This document shows, piece after piece, positions 1 to 9,173 of a DNA stretch of 64,000 nt. The notes beneath the pieces were generated by a model. The model had not been told where the DNA came from. It saw only the letters and a list, made by a program, of their open reading frames with translations, and did no database searches. This DNA comes from a virus: positions 91,224 through 155,223 of the IMG/VR virus record IMGVR_UViG_3300020057_000029. The stretch is one strand, 5' to 3'. Both the position numbers and the translations under genes were made by a program. Position 1 is the first letter of the stretch, and every line of letters starts with the position of its first letter.

Positions 1-121
1 CATAGCGCTCAAGATCGTATGTATCATCTTGACTGACAATGAGAGCCCAGCCGGTCTTGGTACTGATATCCAAAGACAGGACTCGTTCTTGTCGATGGGA
101 TTGAGTTCCAGAGAGGGTCAC
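1..121 (-). CDS. RuvC-like Holliday junction resolvase, N-terminus (runs off window edge)
   Basis: Manual translation from GTG at 121 (GTGA overlap with the upstream stop): MTLSGTQSHRQERVLSLDISTKTGWALIV. VLSLDISTKTGWALI matches the RuvC first strand/catalytic Asp pattern. Lies downstream of Rad50/Mre11. Confidence 0.65.
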   Translation of the reverse strand, partial: MTLSGTQSHRQERVLSLDISTKTGWALIVSQDDTYDLERY

Positions 122-393
122 GCGCCGCCTTTTTCCTTAACCATCTCGATCAAATACTTGATTTTAAGTTCGTTTTCCTTGATACCATCAAGATAAGGGC
201 CTTTAAGCTCTTTCAAAAGCTCTTTAGCTTCATCGATCTTTTGGTTGTCGTCCATTGCAGTCTGGATCTCGTCGTTATTTTTAACGAGCTTGGTCAAACG
301 AGCGTTCATGTCCGTTACGCTCATGCCATTCGCTTCTTCAACGAAAGTTGGGTACTTCTTCTCTACTTCACGCTTTGCTTTAAAACTATCCAT
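118..393 (-). CDS. hypothetical coiled-coil protein
   Basis: ORF in a tightly coupled minus-strand operon. Confidence 0.7.
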   Translation of the reverse strand: MDSFKAKREVEKKYPTFVEEANGMSVTDMNARLTKLVKNNDEIQTAMDDNQKIDEAKELLKELKGPYLDGIKENELKIKYLIEMVKEKGGA

Positions 394-589
394 ACAGTAA
401 CTCCTCTATTGTTATATTCTTACCATAAATTTTTTGTAACCTGTCCTTGACAATACAATCCGAACAGAATTTATGCTCAACAGCATTTTCAAGGACAATC
501 TCCGTTTGCCATCCACTATCTTTATCACGGCGATGGACTATTGTTAGGGTTTTATTTCTAACCGGAACTTTCATATATTCAATTTTCAT
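386..589 (-). CDS. hypothetical protein
   Basis: Overlapping start/stop coupling with neighbours. Confidence 0.65.
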   Translation of the reverse strand: MKIEYMKVPVRNKTLTIVHRRDKDSGWQTEIVLENAVEHKFCSDCIVKDRLQKIYGKNITIEELLYG

Positions 590-909
590 ACACCGAAAAT
601 CTCTGGATCGGAATACTTACCATCAGTGCTTCTGAATAGCTCTGCGGTATTTGCTGAAGACACCGCAATGATATCTTGACCAACTACTACAAATTTTAAA
701 ACAGTGTTTTCAAATCCTAGCATTCCCTTAGAAGCTCTAGACGCGATCTTGTTGGTGTCAGTGCCTTTAACTTTTCCCTTGCGGAAATGGCGCGCTAATA
801 CTCTGTAATATTCTCTGCCAATCACCACATAGCTTGGATCTGCATTGTGATTTTCTACCATGGCGGTAGCCTGGCTTTCTATTTCAAGCAAGATCTCTAT
901 GGCTTTCAT
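586..909 (-). CDS. hypothetical protein
   Basis: ATGA coupling, GGAG RBS. Confidence 0.7.
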   Translation of the reverse strand: MKAIEILLEIESQATAMVENHNADPSYVVIGREYYRVLARHFRKGKVKGTDTNKIASRASKGMLGFENTVLKFVVVGQDIIAVSSANTAELFRSTDGKYSDPEIFGV

Positions 910-1244
910 TTTTTCGTATACTCCACCTTTGTCAGCTTCCGAAGAAGCTTGTTGCCTGTTAAATAGTTTAACACAGATTCTAGCATTGCAACAGAAGATA
1001 CATCCATTGATGAAATTTCTTTACCAGAAACGTTCAAGGGAAGAGACTGTCTTACCCACTGACCTTTGGCAAAACTCATTATAGTTTGAATGTCGTAGTA
1101 ATTAATCGAGTGTTCCAGTTCACTAATAGCAAAATGCTTATCAAATATTGCTTTCAAATATCTGAACTTGTCTTCCCCACGAAGATTTGACTCCTTCGTT
1201 AGGTATTCTCGCAAATCACTTTCTATATTTTTTAGATCTGACAT
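906..1244 (-). CDS. hypothetical protein
   Basis: Operon coupling. Confidence 0.7.
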   Translation of the reverse strand: MSDLKNIESDLREYLTKESNLRGEDKFRYLKAIFDKHFAISELEHSINYYDIQTIMSFAKGQWVRQSLPLNVSGKEISSMDVSSVAMLESVLNYLTGNKLLRKLTKVEYTKK

Positions 1245-1254
1245 TTTACCCCCA

Positions 1255-3309
1255 TCAGGCTATGGTGCTAAAAGCCCCATCGCGAATAACTACGATTCTG
1301 TTGCTGACCATTTCCTTAACTTCTTGATTATGGTCAACGATTATAAGTTTCTTACTGGAATTGGAATTCTTCAAAACCTCTAGCGCCATTTCGATCTCCA
1401 CCGGACCCAGTCCAGTGAATGGTTCGTCTAGGATAAAAAAGTTAATTCCTTTCCCAGATACTGATTCTATCAGGTCAATGACGGCTAGGTCAATAGCCAA
1501 ATCCAGAGCAGAGCGCTCGCCGCCTGAAAAAGTTTCGATTGGGATATCTTCTTCGCCATCAGAATGGATTACTGCAGTAACCTCTTCTTTAATAGCGCCT
1601 TTGCCTGTTTCACGAGTTCCTTCCAGCTGAATTGTCGCATTGGCCATGTTTGGTATATTGCGAATAATCCTGGTAGCTTCTTTGCTGATTGTCTCTAGGG
1701 CATCGTCGAAAGAACAGGAAACAAAGATCTTAAGAGCTCGCCTACCCTCTTCTACCATCAGAATCTTTTGAGCCAAATCACTGGTCTGAGCCGTAAGACT
1801 GAATACTTTATCAGCATATCTGGACTCTTGCGCCTCTAGGTCTTTTACTGACTGTTCATACCGCTGTTTAGCAGTATTGAAGCCGGTCATCTTAAAATTA
1901 GCCTGGGTCCAAACAGACTTGTCTAGATCTGATTGTCCGCGTACTAGCTGTTGTTCTTTAGACTGGTTTTCTTGTAATTCGCGTAGCTTAAGGGAAAACT
2001 GGTCAGATACAGTTTTAATCCGACTATTTTCGGCAAAATTGTGCCGCGTCTCTTTCTCTTTCTCAGATGCAATGTGAGCCAAAAGAACTTCTTCTTGATC
2101 TTTTTCTGCCTTAACATTTACGGTTCGCGCCACAGTGTCTGGCAGAATAGCGTTGATCTTAGGCTCTACTTCATTGTTAAGTTCGGTCTCGGCGACTTGC
2201 CCATTTTCGATTTGAGGACGAATTTGTTTAAGTTGCTCAAGCAGGTTAAGCTCTGAAGTCTTGGCGTTTTCTGTAAACCAGCTCTGTTCGCAAGTAGGGC
2301 ATATGGCGTCTCTGATTTTTTTAATCTGTGCAGCTATATTGACAGCATCTTTTTTTAGAGAGAGTCCGATAACGCATTGGTGCTGTAGACTAGATTTCTT
2401 AAGATTTAGAGCCGCTAGCTCCTGCTTAGCCCTGTTCATGCGCTCAATTTCTACCATTCCGGCTTTTTGAATCACATCGCGGATTTCTTGCAATTGTACA
2501 TTATACTGCTCATAATCGGCCTTGCTGTACATTGTAATGCTCAAATCCGGCCTTATCTTGTTGAGCTCTTCTGTCTGAAGTCTTTGAGCGCTCATAAGAG
2601 TGGTCAGCGCCATCTCAGACAGGTTTGAAGCGGTCTTAAGCCTCTCCACAACGTCTGGGTGTACCTCTTGGGCTGGTGGTGTTCCTACCCCTTTTACGGC
2701 GCTCTGAGTAGCGGTTAGACCTTCTGTATTAGAAATCAAGGCCTTGTCCGCAGTTTCTTTTTCTAAAAGCAAGGTTTTAAGTTTCTTATCTATGATTTCA
2801 GCTTTAGATTTAAGATGGCTTAGATTAAGACAATCCATAAGAAATTCATTGGTTTCCTTAGGCGTGAAACTAAGAAAGAATCCGCCTTCTTTCTGGCGCT
2901 TATGACAAATTTTGCGGAATAGTTCACGCGGCATTGCCAAAATGATGTCCAGGTTTTCTTCAGCCAGTTTGCTGTTCCCAGACATGTCTAGACCGGCACC
3001 TTCTATAGAAAGACCCTTAGCCTTGCTTCTGGAGATTTTAATAGGCTTTCCGTCTAAAGAACCTTCCGCCCAAACAGAAATGCCATTCTTTGTCAAACGG
3101 GACTGTAGTTTGCCTGCAGGAATTTTATTGAAGCCAAGGAGGTAGTCCCAGGCGTGAAAAATAGTAGATTTAGCCGCTCCAGATCCGCCTCCGGTATTCT
3201 TGTTGATACCGTCAATTTGAACCAAATTACCAAGGGAGCTAAGCTCAATCGTTTGAGGTTCAACAAAGCGCCCTATGTTTTCCCAGCCAAGTCGATCTAT
3301 AATAAACAT
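1255..3309 (-). CDS. Rad50/SbcC-like (T4 gp46-like) recombination ATPase
   Basis: Walker A-like GSGAAKST, coiled coils, zinc hook CPTC, signature FSGGE, Walker B FILDEPF, H-loop IIVDH. Confidence 0.92.
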   Translation of the reverse strand: MFIIDRLGWENIGRFVEPQTIELSSLGNLVQIDGINKNTGGGSGAAKSTIFHAWDYLLGFNKIPAGKLQSRLTKNGISVWAEGSLDGKPIKISRSKAKGLSIEGAGLDMSGNSKLAEENLDIILAMPRELFRKICHKRQKEGGFFLSFTPKETNEFLMDCLNLSHLKSKAEIIDKKLKTLLLEKETADKALISNTEGLTATQSAVKGVGTPPAQEVHPDVVERLKTASNLSEMALTTLMSAQRLQTEELNKIRPDLSITMYSKADYEQYNVQLQEIRDVIQKAGMVEIERMNRAKQELAALNLKKSSLQHQCVIGLSLKKDAVNIAAQIKKIRDAICPTCEQSWFTENAKTSELNLLEQLKQIRPQIENGQVAETELNNEVEPKINAILPDTVARTVNVKAEKDQEEVLLAHIASEKEKETRHNFAENSRIKTVSDQFSLKLRELQENQSKEQQLVRGQSDLDKSVWTQANFKMTGFNTAKQRYEQSVKDLEAQESRYADKVFSLTAQTSDLAQKILMVEEGRRALKIFVSCSFDDALETISKEATRIIRNIPNMANATIQLEGTRETGKGAIKEEVTAVIHSDGEEDIPIETFSGGERSALDLAIDLAVIDLIESVSGKGINFFILDEPFTGLGPVEIEMALEVLKNSNSSKKLIIVDHNQEVKEMVSNRIVVIRDGAFSTIA

Positions 3310-3558
3310 CTAGTCCTCTCGATAGTCCTTGTTTGATTTCTCATGATTCAGCTCTATGATGTTAGGAACAATTTCTACCGCCCTAGCCTGAACGCCGTTG
3401 TCTACTGTTATCTTAGACCCAGATGAAGGTGCTGACAAGATCTTTTTTGCTTCCTTTTTACAGGTCTTACAAACAATACAGGCAGGTGCTTGTGACACCT
3501 GCCTATGAAATTTCTTGTCAACGTGTCCTTCTGAGCATTGGTATGCAAAGATAGGCAT
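3310..3558 (-). CDS. FmdB-family zinc-ribbon protein
   Basis: MPIFAYQCxxGH...CxxC pattern. Confidence 0.75.
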   Translation of the reverse strand: MPIFAYQCSEGHVDKKFHRQVSQAPACIVCKTCKKEAKKILSAPSSGSKITVDNGVQARAVEIVPNIIELNHEKSNKDYRED

Positions 3559-3563
3559 GTTGA

Positions 3564-4550
3564 TTAGTATCCCTTGATAATCTTGCGTTCGGTCTTATTG
3601 CTGATGCTTTCTTTAACCTTCTGATTGATCTCGAACAATTGTTCAGAAGTCAATCTAGGCTTAACTGGTTCAGAGTTGTAATTACCAAACCAACCTTCTT
3701 TTTCAGATTTCTTCTCTTCTTTGGTATTGATATCTTTAAAGAGAGCTTCGCCATCAACCAGAACCTTGTATCTCAAAGCGTTGGTGTTAACTGGACAATT
3801 ATCTTGCTCGGCAACGATTTGAACAGCCCTTCCCATATAGAAGAATTCAGCCAAAAGCTCATTGCGTGTACCTTCAAGGGATCTGTCACAAGAAGCAGTA
3901 ACAACCCTATCAGCAAGACCTTGATCTACACAGTCTTGACCATCACACCAGTATTCATTCTCGATCAAATCGCGGTACGATTTTAGGGTTAGTTTTCCAC
4001 CAGAACGGCTTACAGCAACTTCGTCCATGCGAGTAACGCGTTTTAGGTAGTAATTATATCGACTGTCCAATTGACCAGGGAATTCACCAGAAAATCCACC
4101 ACGGGCCTTATGACTCATGAGGGTACCGTTTTTTAGAACAAGACGATCACCAAGACCTTGAGCGGTTTGAAAGCCCATGGAAGCGGAGAACACGTTGATA
4201 CTGTGTACGGGACGGTTCATGCTCGAAAGGTTCTCGATAAGCTCAAGACCAGCATCAATTGAGCCACCTGGGCTGTTGATTACGAGGTACAGAGGGTCAC
4301 CAGAAGGCAATCGGGCATCCATAGCTTTAGCGGCTAGGGTTAGCTGGGCTACAACTTCAGAGTCAAATACGTTGTTGATAGTAATACTATTGTCCTTGGT
4401 AAGAATAATAGCGCCTGGGGATGCAGAAACAGAAGCGGAGCTTTTGGCCTCGCTTGAGCTCTGAGCAGATGTCTTGCCAGAAGATTCCGCTGCAAACGAA
4501 ACATTTCCTAGCAATGCAAAAACCAATACGAGTCCAATTAGATTCTTCAT
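3564..4550 (-). CDS. ClpP-like (S14 fold) serine protease with N-terminal signal peptide
   Basis: LYLVINSPGGS, ASMG (catalytic Ser), LMSH (catalytic His); signal peptide MKNLIGLVLVFALLGNVSFA. Confidence 0.85.
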   Translation of the reverse strand: MKNLIGLVLVFALLGNVSFAAESSGKTSAQSSSEAKSSASVSASPGAIILTKDNSITINNVFDSEVVAQLTLAAKAMDARLPSGDPLYLVINSPGGSIDAGLELIENLSSMNRPVHSINVFSASMGFQTAQGLGDRLVLKNGTLMSHKARGGFSGEFPGQLDSRYNYYLKRVTRMDEVAVSRSGGKLTLKSYRDLIENEYWCDGQDCVDQGLADRVVTASCDRSLEGTRNELLAEFFYMGRAVQIVAEQDNCPVNTNALRYKVLVDGEALFKDINTKEEKKSEKEGWFGNYNSEPVKPRLTSEQLFEINQKVKESISNKTERKIIKGY

Positions 4551-4567
4551 TTTCTTCCTTTTCTTCC

Positions 4568-4711
4568 TTATTTTAAAACCAGTTTTCCTGATTTCTGTTT
4601 GTCTTGTTCGCGTCTTAGATTTACAAGATCTTTTGACACGTTTCCGATTGTTTTAGATTTTGACGCAGCATCAGTTAGCTTGCTGCGATTTTTGAAATTT
4701 TTATTTTTCAT
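4568..4711 (-). CDS. small basic hypothetical protein (47 aa, not in ORF track)
   Basis: Manual translation MKNKNFKNRSKLTDAASKSKTIGNVSKDLVNLRREQDKQKSGKLVLK fills the operon gap. Confidence 0.55.
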   Translation of the reverse strand: MKNKNFKNRSKLTDAASKSKTIGNVSKDLVNLRREQDKQKSGKLVLK

Positions 4712-5069
4712 TTTTTTTACTTTCAAACACTATCTTATCATTAAAGTAGATTTTTACAAGAACATCTTTCCAAAAAAGATTTCTTACCCATTTCTCTATT
4801 GCTTCAAGGCGCAAACCTAGAGCTTCTTGATTTCTGGATTCGTCTAGCACTAGACGGTAAGACACAAGAGGATTGTGAGTAACTGGCTCATCTTTATCGG
4901 TTTTTTCGTAAGACAGATCGTATTCGAGTTTCGCCTCCTTAATACCGTCAAATGCTATAAAAGGATAGTTCTTGAGATTTAAAAGCTGAACATCACTGAT
5001 TTTATTGCTTAAAACAGCGAGCCTAGACATCTCTTTTACTTTATCAATGCTGTCCTTTTGATCGTTCAT
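4701..5069 (-). CDS. hypothetical protein
   Basis: ATGA-coupled to the nuclease gene. Confidence 0.75.
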   Translation of the reverse strand: MNDQKDSIDKVKEMSRLAVLSNKISDVQLLNLKNYPFIAFDGIKEAKLEYDLSYEKTDKDEPVTHNPLVSYRLVLDESRNQEALGLRLEAIEKWVRNLFWKDVLVKIYFNDKIVFESKKNEK

Positions 5070-6061
5070 ATAATCGCCAGTTCTTTCAAAAAGTTGACCA
5101 TCGCCTGTTTATCCACCCCTGCAATGGGCTCAAATTGGTCCATCAGGAACTGTTCCAGACTTTTACCGGTCTTACGACTGGCAGGCCTAGATTTATCAGT
5201 TATCTTAGATTTTACACTAGCTTTACCCTTAAGGGAAGCTTTTTGTTTATTGACCCATTCGGATGAACCAATAAGCTCTATGGAAGCCCTGGAACCTTCT
5301 GGAATTACCGGAGAGTTGTCCCCTTCTTTCCATTGATATTCTAGGATCGGAGAACACACTTTAGAAGTGTCAACATATTCTTCTGCCAAAATTAAACCTG
5401 TAGTGTCATCGTGGTCTACGATCCATAGGCCTTTTTCCTCGTTTGCATCTGAAGCAGTATCCCATTTGGCTGTGCCTGGATAGATCACTTGCTGACTCTT
5501 GTTGGTCACGTAACGCTGACGATTATGAATGTGACCGCTGATAAGCAGAGGATAATTCAAAAGCTCTGGATCAACCCCGCCTGGTGCGTACATGCCGCTC
5601 TCAAATCTAGACCCAGAATAAGTGGTGTGAGATACGAGGATTTTGGCTCCACAAGTCTGAAGATGATTGGCAGCCTCTACGAATTTATCATTGTCATGGA
5701 TACAGGGTACGTATCCTATAAAATCGATAGCACTTGCGCTATCGATGATTCTTAAGTTCTTTTTACGAATGCGTTTAAATACGTCCAGGGAGTGGTAAGA
5801 CGCCTCGTTGTTTCCAGGCATGTCGTGATTGCCAACCAGGACTACTACTTCGCAAATGTCTGCTAGATGGTCCAGCCAATGATCCCAAAAATCAAGCACC
5901 TCTAAGCGTACCACCGCATGGGTGTGAAAAAGATCGCCTAGGATTTCTATGCGGTTCACGCTATATTTCATAGCAGTATCGACCACGAATTGCAAGAGCT
6001 TTTCGGCTTCGTCTCGATTTGAAGTTTTAATATGCGGATCGCCTAGGCGCAAAATTTTCAT
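5066..6061 (-). CDS. Mre11/SbcD-like (T4 gp47-like) nuclease
   Basis: Calcineurin-like motifs GDPH, GDLFH, GNHD, SH, GHIH; near Rad50-like gene. Confidence 0.92.
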   Translation of the reverse strand: MKILRLGDPHIKTSNRDEAEKLLQFVVDTAMKYSVNRIEILGDLFHTHAVVRLEVLDFWDHWLDHLADICEVVVLVGNHDMPGNNEASYHSLDVFKRIRKKNLRIIDSASAIDFIGYVPCIHDNDKFVEAANHLQTCGAKILVSHTTYSGSRFESGMYAPGGVDPELLNYPLLISGHIHNRQRYVTNKSQQVIYPGTAKWDTASDANEEKGLWIVDHDDTTGLILAEEYVDTSKVCSPILEYQWKEGDNSPVIPEGSRASIELIGSSEWVNKQKASLKGKASVKSKITDKSRPASRKTGKSLEQFLMDQFEPIAGVDKQAMVNFLKELAII

Positions 6062-6216
6062 TTGATTTCCCTACACTGATCTGATAGCCAAGTAATAAAA
6101 AACGGTCCTATTGTCAACATCTTACATCCACAAGGGCAATCGTTTTCAAAACTAAAATTTTTAAACGTTACAGGTCTAATCAGCCCTGCTTGAAATCTTT
6201 TGACAGTGAAATACAT
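6058..6216 (-). CDS. small Cys-containing hypothetical protein (52 aa, not in ORF track)
   Basis: MYFTVKRFQ...DCPCGCK...REIK; abuts the upstream stop and has an ATGA overlap with Mre11. Confidence 0.55.
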   Translation of the reverse strand: MYFTVKRFQAGLIRPVTFKNFSFENDCPCGCKMLTIGPFFITWLSDQCREIK

Positions 6217-6522
6217 TTATTTTTGATCTTCCACGAATTCTATGTGAGAGGCGTCTACGATAATGAAGTCACCTTCTACAGCAGAACTCTTTAAGGTGTT
6301 CTTAGCCCAAGGACTATTGTGCAACACTTCTTCGCGAATGTAAACAGTAGAACCCTTTTTTAGAATAACAGATACACTGTTTATTGAAGCATCGGCATCG
6401 ACTAAAAGTTTTAATCCAATTACCCGATTCTTTTGGCCAACCATTGCGATACCGTGCCTAATCTCTGACTTGAGAGCTTCTGCTTTGTAGGGTTCTAGGA
6501 TCAACTTGTTGAACGATTTCAT
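6217..6522 (-). CDS. divergent GroES/Cpn10-like co-chaperonin
   Basis: 101 aa; NKLILEP, mobile-loop-like RHGIAMVG, LKKGSTVY (cf. VKVGDIV), FIIVDASHIEFVE (cf. LIMSESDILAIVE); GroEL 2.6 kb away. Confidence 0.55.
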   Translation of the reverse strand: MKSFNKLILEPYKAEALKSEIRHGIAMVGQKNRVIGLKLLVDADASINSVSVILKKGSTVYIREEVLHNSPWAKNTLKSSAVEGDFIIVDASHIEFVEDQK

Positions 6523-7565
6523 AGCTTAACGCCTTTCAATTTAAGAACTTTCCTGTGCATCATAGAAAGATTTTTTGCAGCCGCCAACATACGAGATGTT
6601 TCTTCCTGCTGAATGTATTGGCTTTCTATATCCTGAGTCTCATCTGCGGTATACTGATATACCCCCTGACCTTCTTCGTTCACTGTGGCGTCTGCGCTGA
6701 CAGTAGAGGCGGCGCTCATAAGAGAGGATAGCTCAGAAACCGTCACGTTTTCTTTAGGGATAGTTTTGCCATCTAGCTTGTCCTGCTGAAATGCTCTGTT
6801 TACGGCGCTAGCCAGTTCGACTGGATCATTGATGCCTTGGCGACCACGAATGGTGTGAGCCTTATAGAGAACTCTCTTATCCGAAGGATAAAAATGGAGC
6901 ATTGTCTCTGAATAACTATCGATCATGTTTCCTACCATCCTGCCAATGCACACCGAGCGGAACACTGGAGAGTATTTACCAACATATTTATCGACGCCTG
7001 CTGCCAGTCCCATCGCACAGATATTGACAAAATCTATGAGAGTTAAATGGCCCCTTGGAGTCTTCCTGTAAAACAATTTTGCCCTGTTGATTGCCAAAGG
7101 CATATTGTTCTCGATCAACCTGTTTCGAGCTACGTGTACTCTATTGTACAGCTGTTCGGCACGTTTTGGGAAGGGGCCAAGCCAACTTTTACGAATAAAC
7201 TTTATAAGTTGATAATTGATATCAAACTCTTTTAGTTCTTCTATCTTACTCTCGTCTTTGCTACAGGCTTTGATTATTGGGGTGATTTCTTTGCTGAACA
7301 TGACGGCGCTTTCCCTGAAATAGGGTCTGGCAGATAGGATGTTTTTGTTGGTTACGCAAACTTTTTGTAGAAATTTTTTGTAAACCTGAGTAGACTGTCG
7401 ATATTTGAGAATTGTTTCTTTAAACTTTATCTCAGCATCCATAAGCTCTTCTACCTGTTCTTGCTGAACAGTGCCATCCTTGTTCTTTTCCAAGGCCTTG
7501 GTGATTTCTGCAGCCAGTCTAGACAGTGCTGGATCAAATTCGTGTTGTTTTTTAGGGCTTGCCAT
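6519..7565 (-). CDS. phage sigma70-family RNA polymerase sigma factor (probably late), no region 4.2
   Basis: Region 2 pattern ARNRLIENNMPLAINRAK...GLAAGVDKY...FRSVC; protein ends at region 4.1-like LSMMHRKVLKLK. Confidence 0.82.
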   Translation of the reverse strand: MASPKKQHEFDPALSRLAAEITKALEKNKDGTVQQEQVEELMDAEIKFKETILKYRQSTQVYKKFLQKVCVTNKNILSARPYFRESAVMFSKEITPIIKACSKDESKIEELKEFDINYQLIKFIRKSWLGPFPKRAEQLYNRVHVARNRLIENNMPLAINRAKLFYRKTPRGHLTLIDFVNICAMGLAAGVDKYVGKYSPVFRSVCIGRMVGNMIDSYSETMLHFYPSDKRVLYKAHTIRGRQGINDPVELASAVNRAFQQDKLDGKTIPKENVTVSELSSLMSAASTVSADATVNEEGQGVYQYTADETQDIESQYIQQEETSRMLAAAKNLSMMHRKVLKLKGVKL

Positions 7566-7595
7566 ACCCTGTATATATCACAAGCAGGTGAACAT

Positions 7596-9101
7596 CTACT
7601 TGATTTTGATTCTTTTTATTACAGATCGCGAATTACAATATACTTCCAGTTGCTTATCTAGATGGGCCATCATTATAGGGACATCCATTACGGCATAGCC
7701 CCAAATAGTCGAGAGTGGCTTTGGAGCACACTTATCGGCCCAAGGATTTGAGTGACCATGTCTTACGGAGCGTCCTACGGTTCCCTGAGCAGTTTTGATC
7801 TCGGATGCGCCGCCTACCCAGTTGTGGCAGTGATGTACTGGATAAATATTAGTTCCTGTTGCGATACAGGACGTTCCGATAAGAACCTTGACCTCGTTTT
7901 TATTGAACTTTTCTACACTTTCGGATGGATCAACTTTTTCTAATCCTAACTCCAGAAGACGTTCTTTTTTGGACTCTGAGTGAGCAATTGCGTAGGGAAC
8001 TTTTAAAAGCTTTGATAACATGCTTATCTGTTTTAATTCTTCAACTAGAACAAGGGTTTGCTGTCCATACGCCAACGCAACGGCATTTGACATTTTGGCC
8101 ACAAAAGCACAGATGTTTCGATTGCCTAAAAAATGCTCTCTTTTCATTTCTAGGGCATCATTGGAATGGAAGTTTGGATTAGAAGATTCGAGTTCTACTA
8201 TGTTAAAAACGTGCTCTGCTACGATTTTGCGTTCTTTTGCTAACCAGGTGGGCAGGTCATAGACAATGCGACCAATAATTGACTGAAGAAGTTTTTCAGC
8301 CCCATCGTTACGCGTCTGAGTGCCGGAAAAGAAGTGACGACAAGGTACATCTCCTAGGACACCATGGCAGATATCGTTTAAAGAATCAGCGCCCCATGTG
8401 TGACTCTCATCCACACACATCTGCTGGCGAGTGCTGAAAAACTCCCACTCAACGGTTCCCTGTTTTATATTTGCTAAAGAATCGCCAATTGCGATGGTAA
8501 ACTTTTTACCTATGACCTTTTTGCCATCTCCAAAGCCACCCACTTGGGCCTTGCCAAGGTATTTCTCAAACGAATCAAGGAGTTCGTGAAAAATGCTTTT
8601 GCTGGGCACCACAATTACAGTAGAGAAACCTGTGTTGCGGCAAACATGTAATAGAATCGCAGACTTACCTGCTGACGTACAGAGTTCACAGCTTGAGTGT
8701 GGATCTGCTATCATCTCGTTTTCGGTCACAAGTTGGTGTTCCATACGATCATATGGAAATTTTACCTTCCAGCCAACCGCCTTAGGTGTTGGATATACGA
8801 TGGTATTTTCAACTGTGATATTAAAATCAGCCCTTAAGTAAGGGATAGATCCTGGTCGAATGTATTTTTTACCATCTTCTTCCCAAATAAGAGTGTGGTG
8901 AACGGCTTTTTTAAGCTCTTCAAGCTTAAACGCCCATGCAGCACGATTCTTTTCTTTTAACCATTTCATGTTGTAGTGACGCTTCACCATGTGTTGAGCA
9001 GCAGTGTTTGTATAGCTGAGAACTTCGGTCAGCTTTTCTAGTTCTGCGTCGGTAATAGATTCAATGAATGCCTTTGAAGGCATGGTAATTTTAAGATGCA
9101 T
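7596..9101 (-). CDS. SF2 DExH helicase (UvsW-like)
   Basis: TSAGKS Walker A, VVPS, VDESH, SGT motif III, QGTVGRSVR motif VI. Confidence 0.9.
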   Translation of the reverse strand: MHLKITMPSKAFIESITDAELEKLTEVLSYTNTAAQHMVKRHYNMKWLKEKNRAAWAFKLEELKKAVHHTLIWEEDGKKYIRPGSIPYLRADFNITVENTIVYPTPKAVGWKVKFPYDRMEHQLVTENEMIADPHSSCELCTSAGKSAILLHVCRNTGFSTVIVVPSKSIFHELLDSFEKYLGKAQVGGFGDGKKVIGKKFTIAIGDSLANIKQGTVEWEFFSTRQQMCVDESHTWGADSLNDICHGVLGDVPCRHFFSGTQTRNDGAEKLLQSIIGRIVYDLPTWLAKERKIVAEHVFNIVELESSNPNFHSNDALEMKREHFLGNRNICAFVAKMSNAVALAYGQQTLVLVEELKQISMLSKLLKVPYAIAHSESKKERLLELGLEKVDPSESVEKFNKNEVKVLIGTSCIATGTNIYPVHHCHNWVGGASEIKTAQGTVGRSVRHGHSNPWADKCAPKPLSTIWGYAVMDVPIMMAHLDKQLEVYCNSRSVIKRIKIK

Positions 9102-9134
9102 GTCCTATTATATCAAATTAGCAAAAAATAACAA

Positions 9135-9147
9135 CACGTATGATATA
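9135..9147 (+). promoter_or_regulatory. extended -10-type promoter CACGTATGATATA upstream of groEL
   Basis: Identical 13-mer also at 12398-12410 upstream of the terminase. Confidence 0.6.
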
Positions 9148-9173
9148 GAATATTATCAACCAGGAGATTAACC

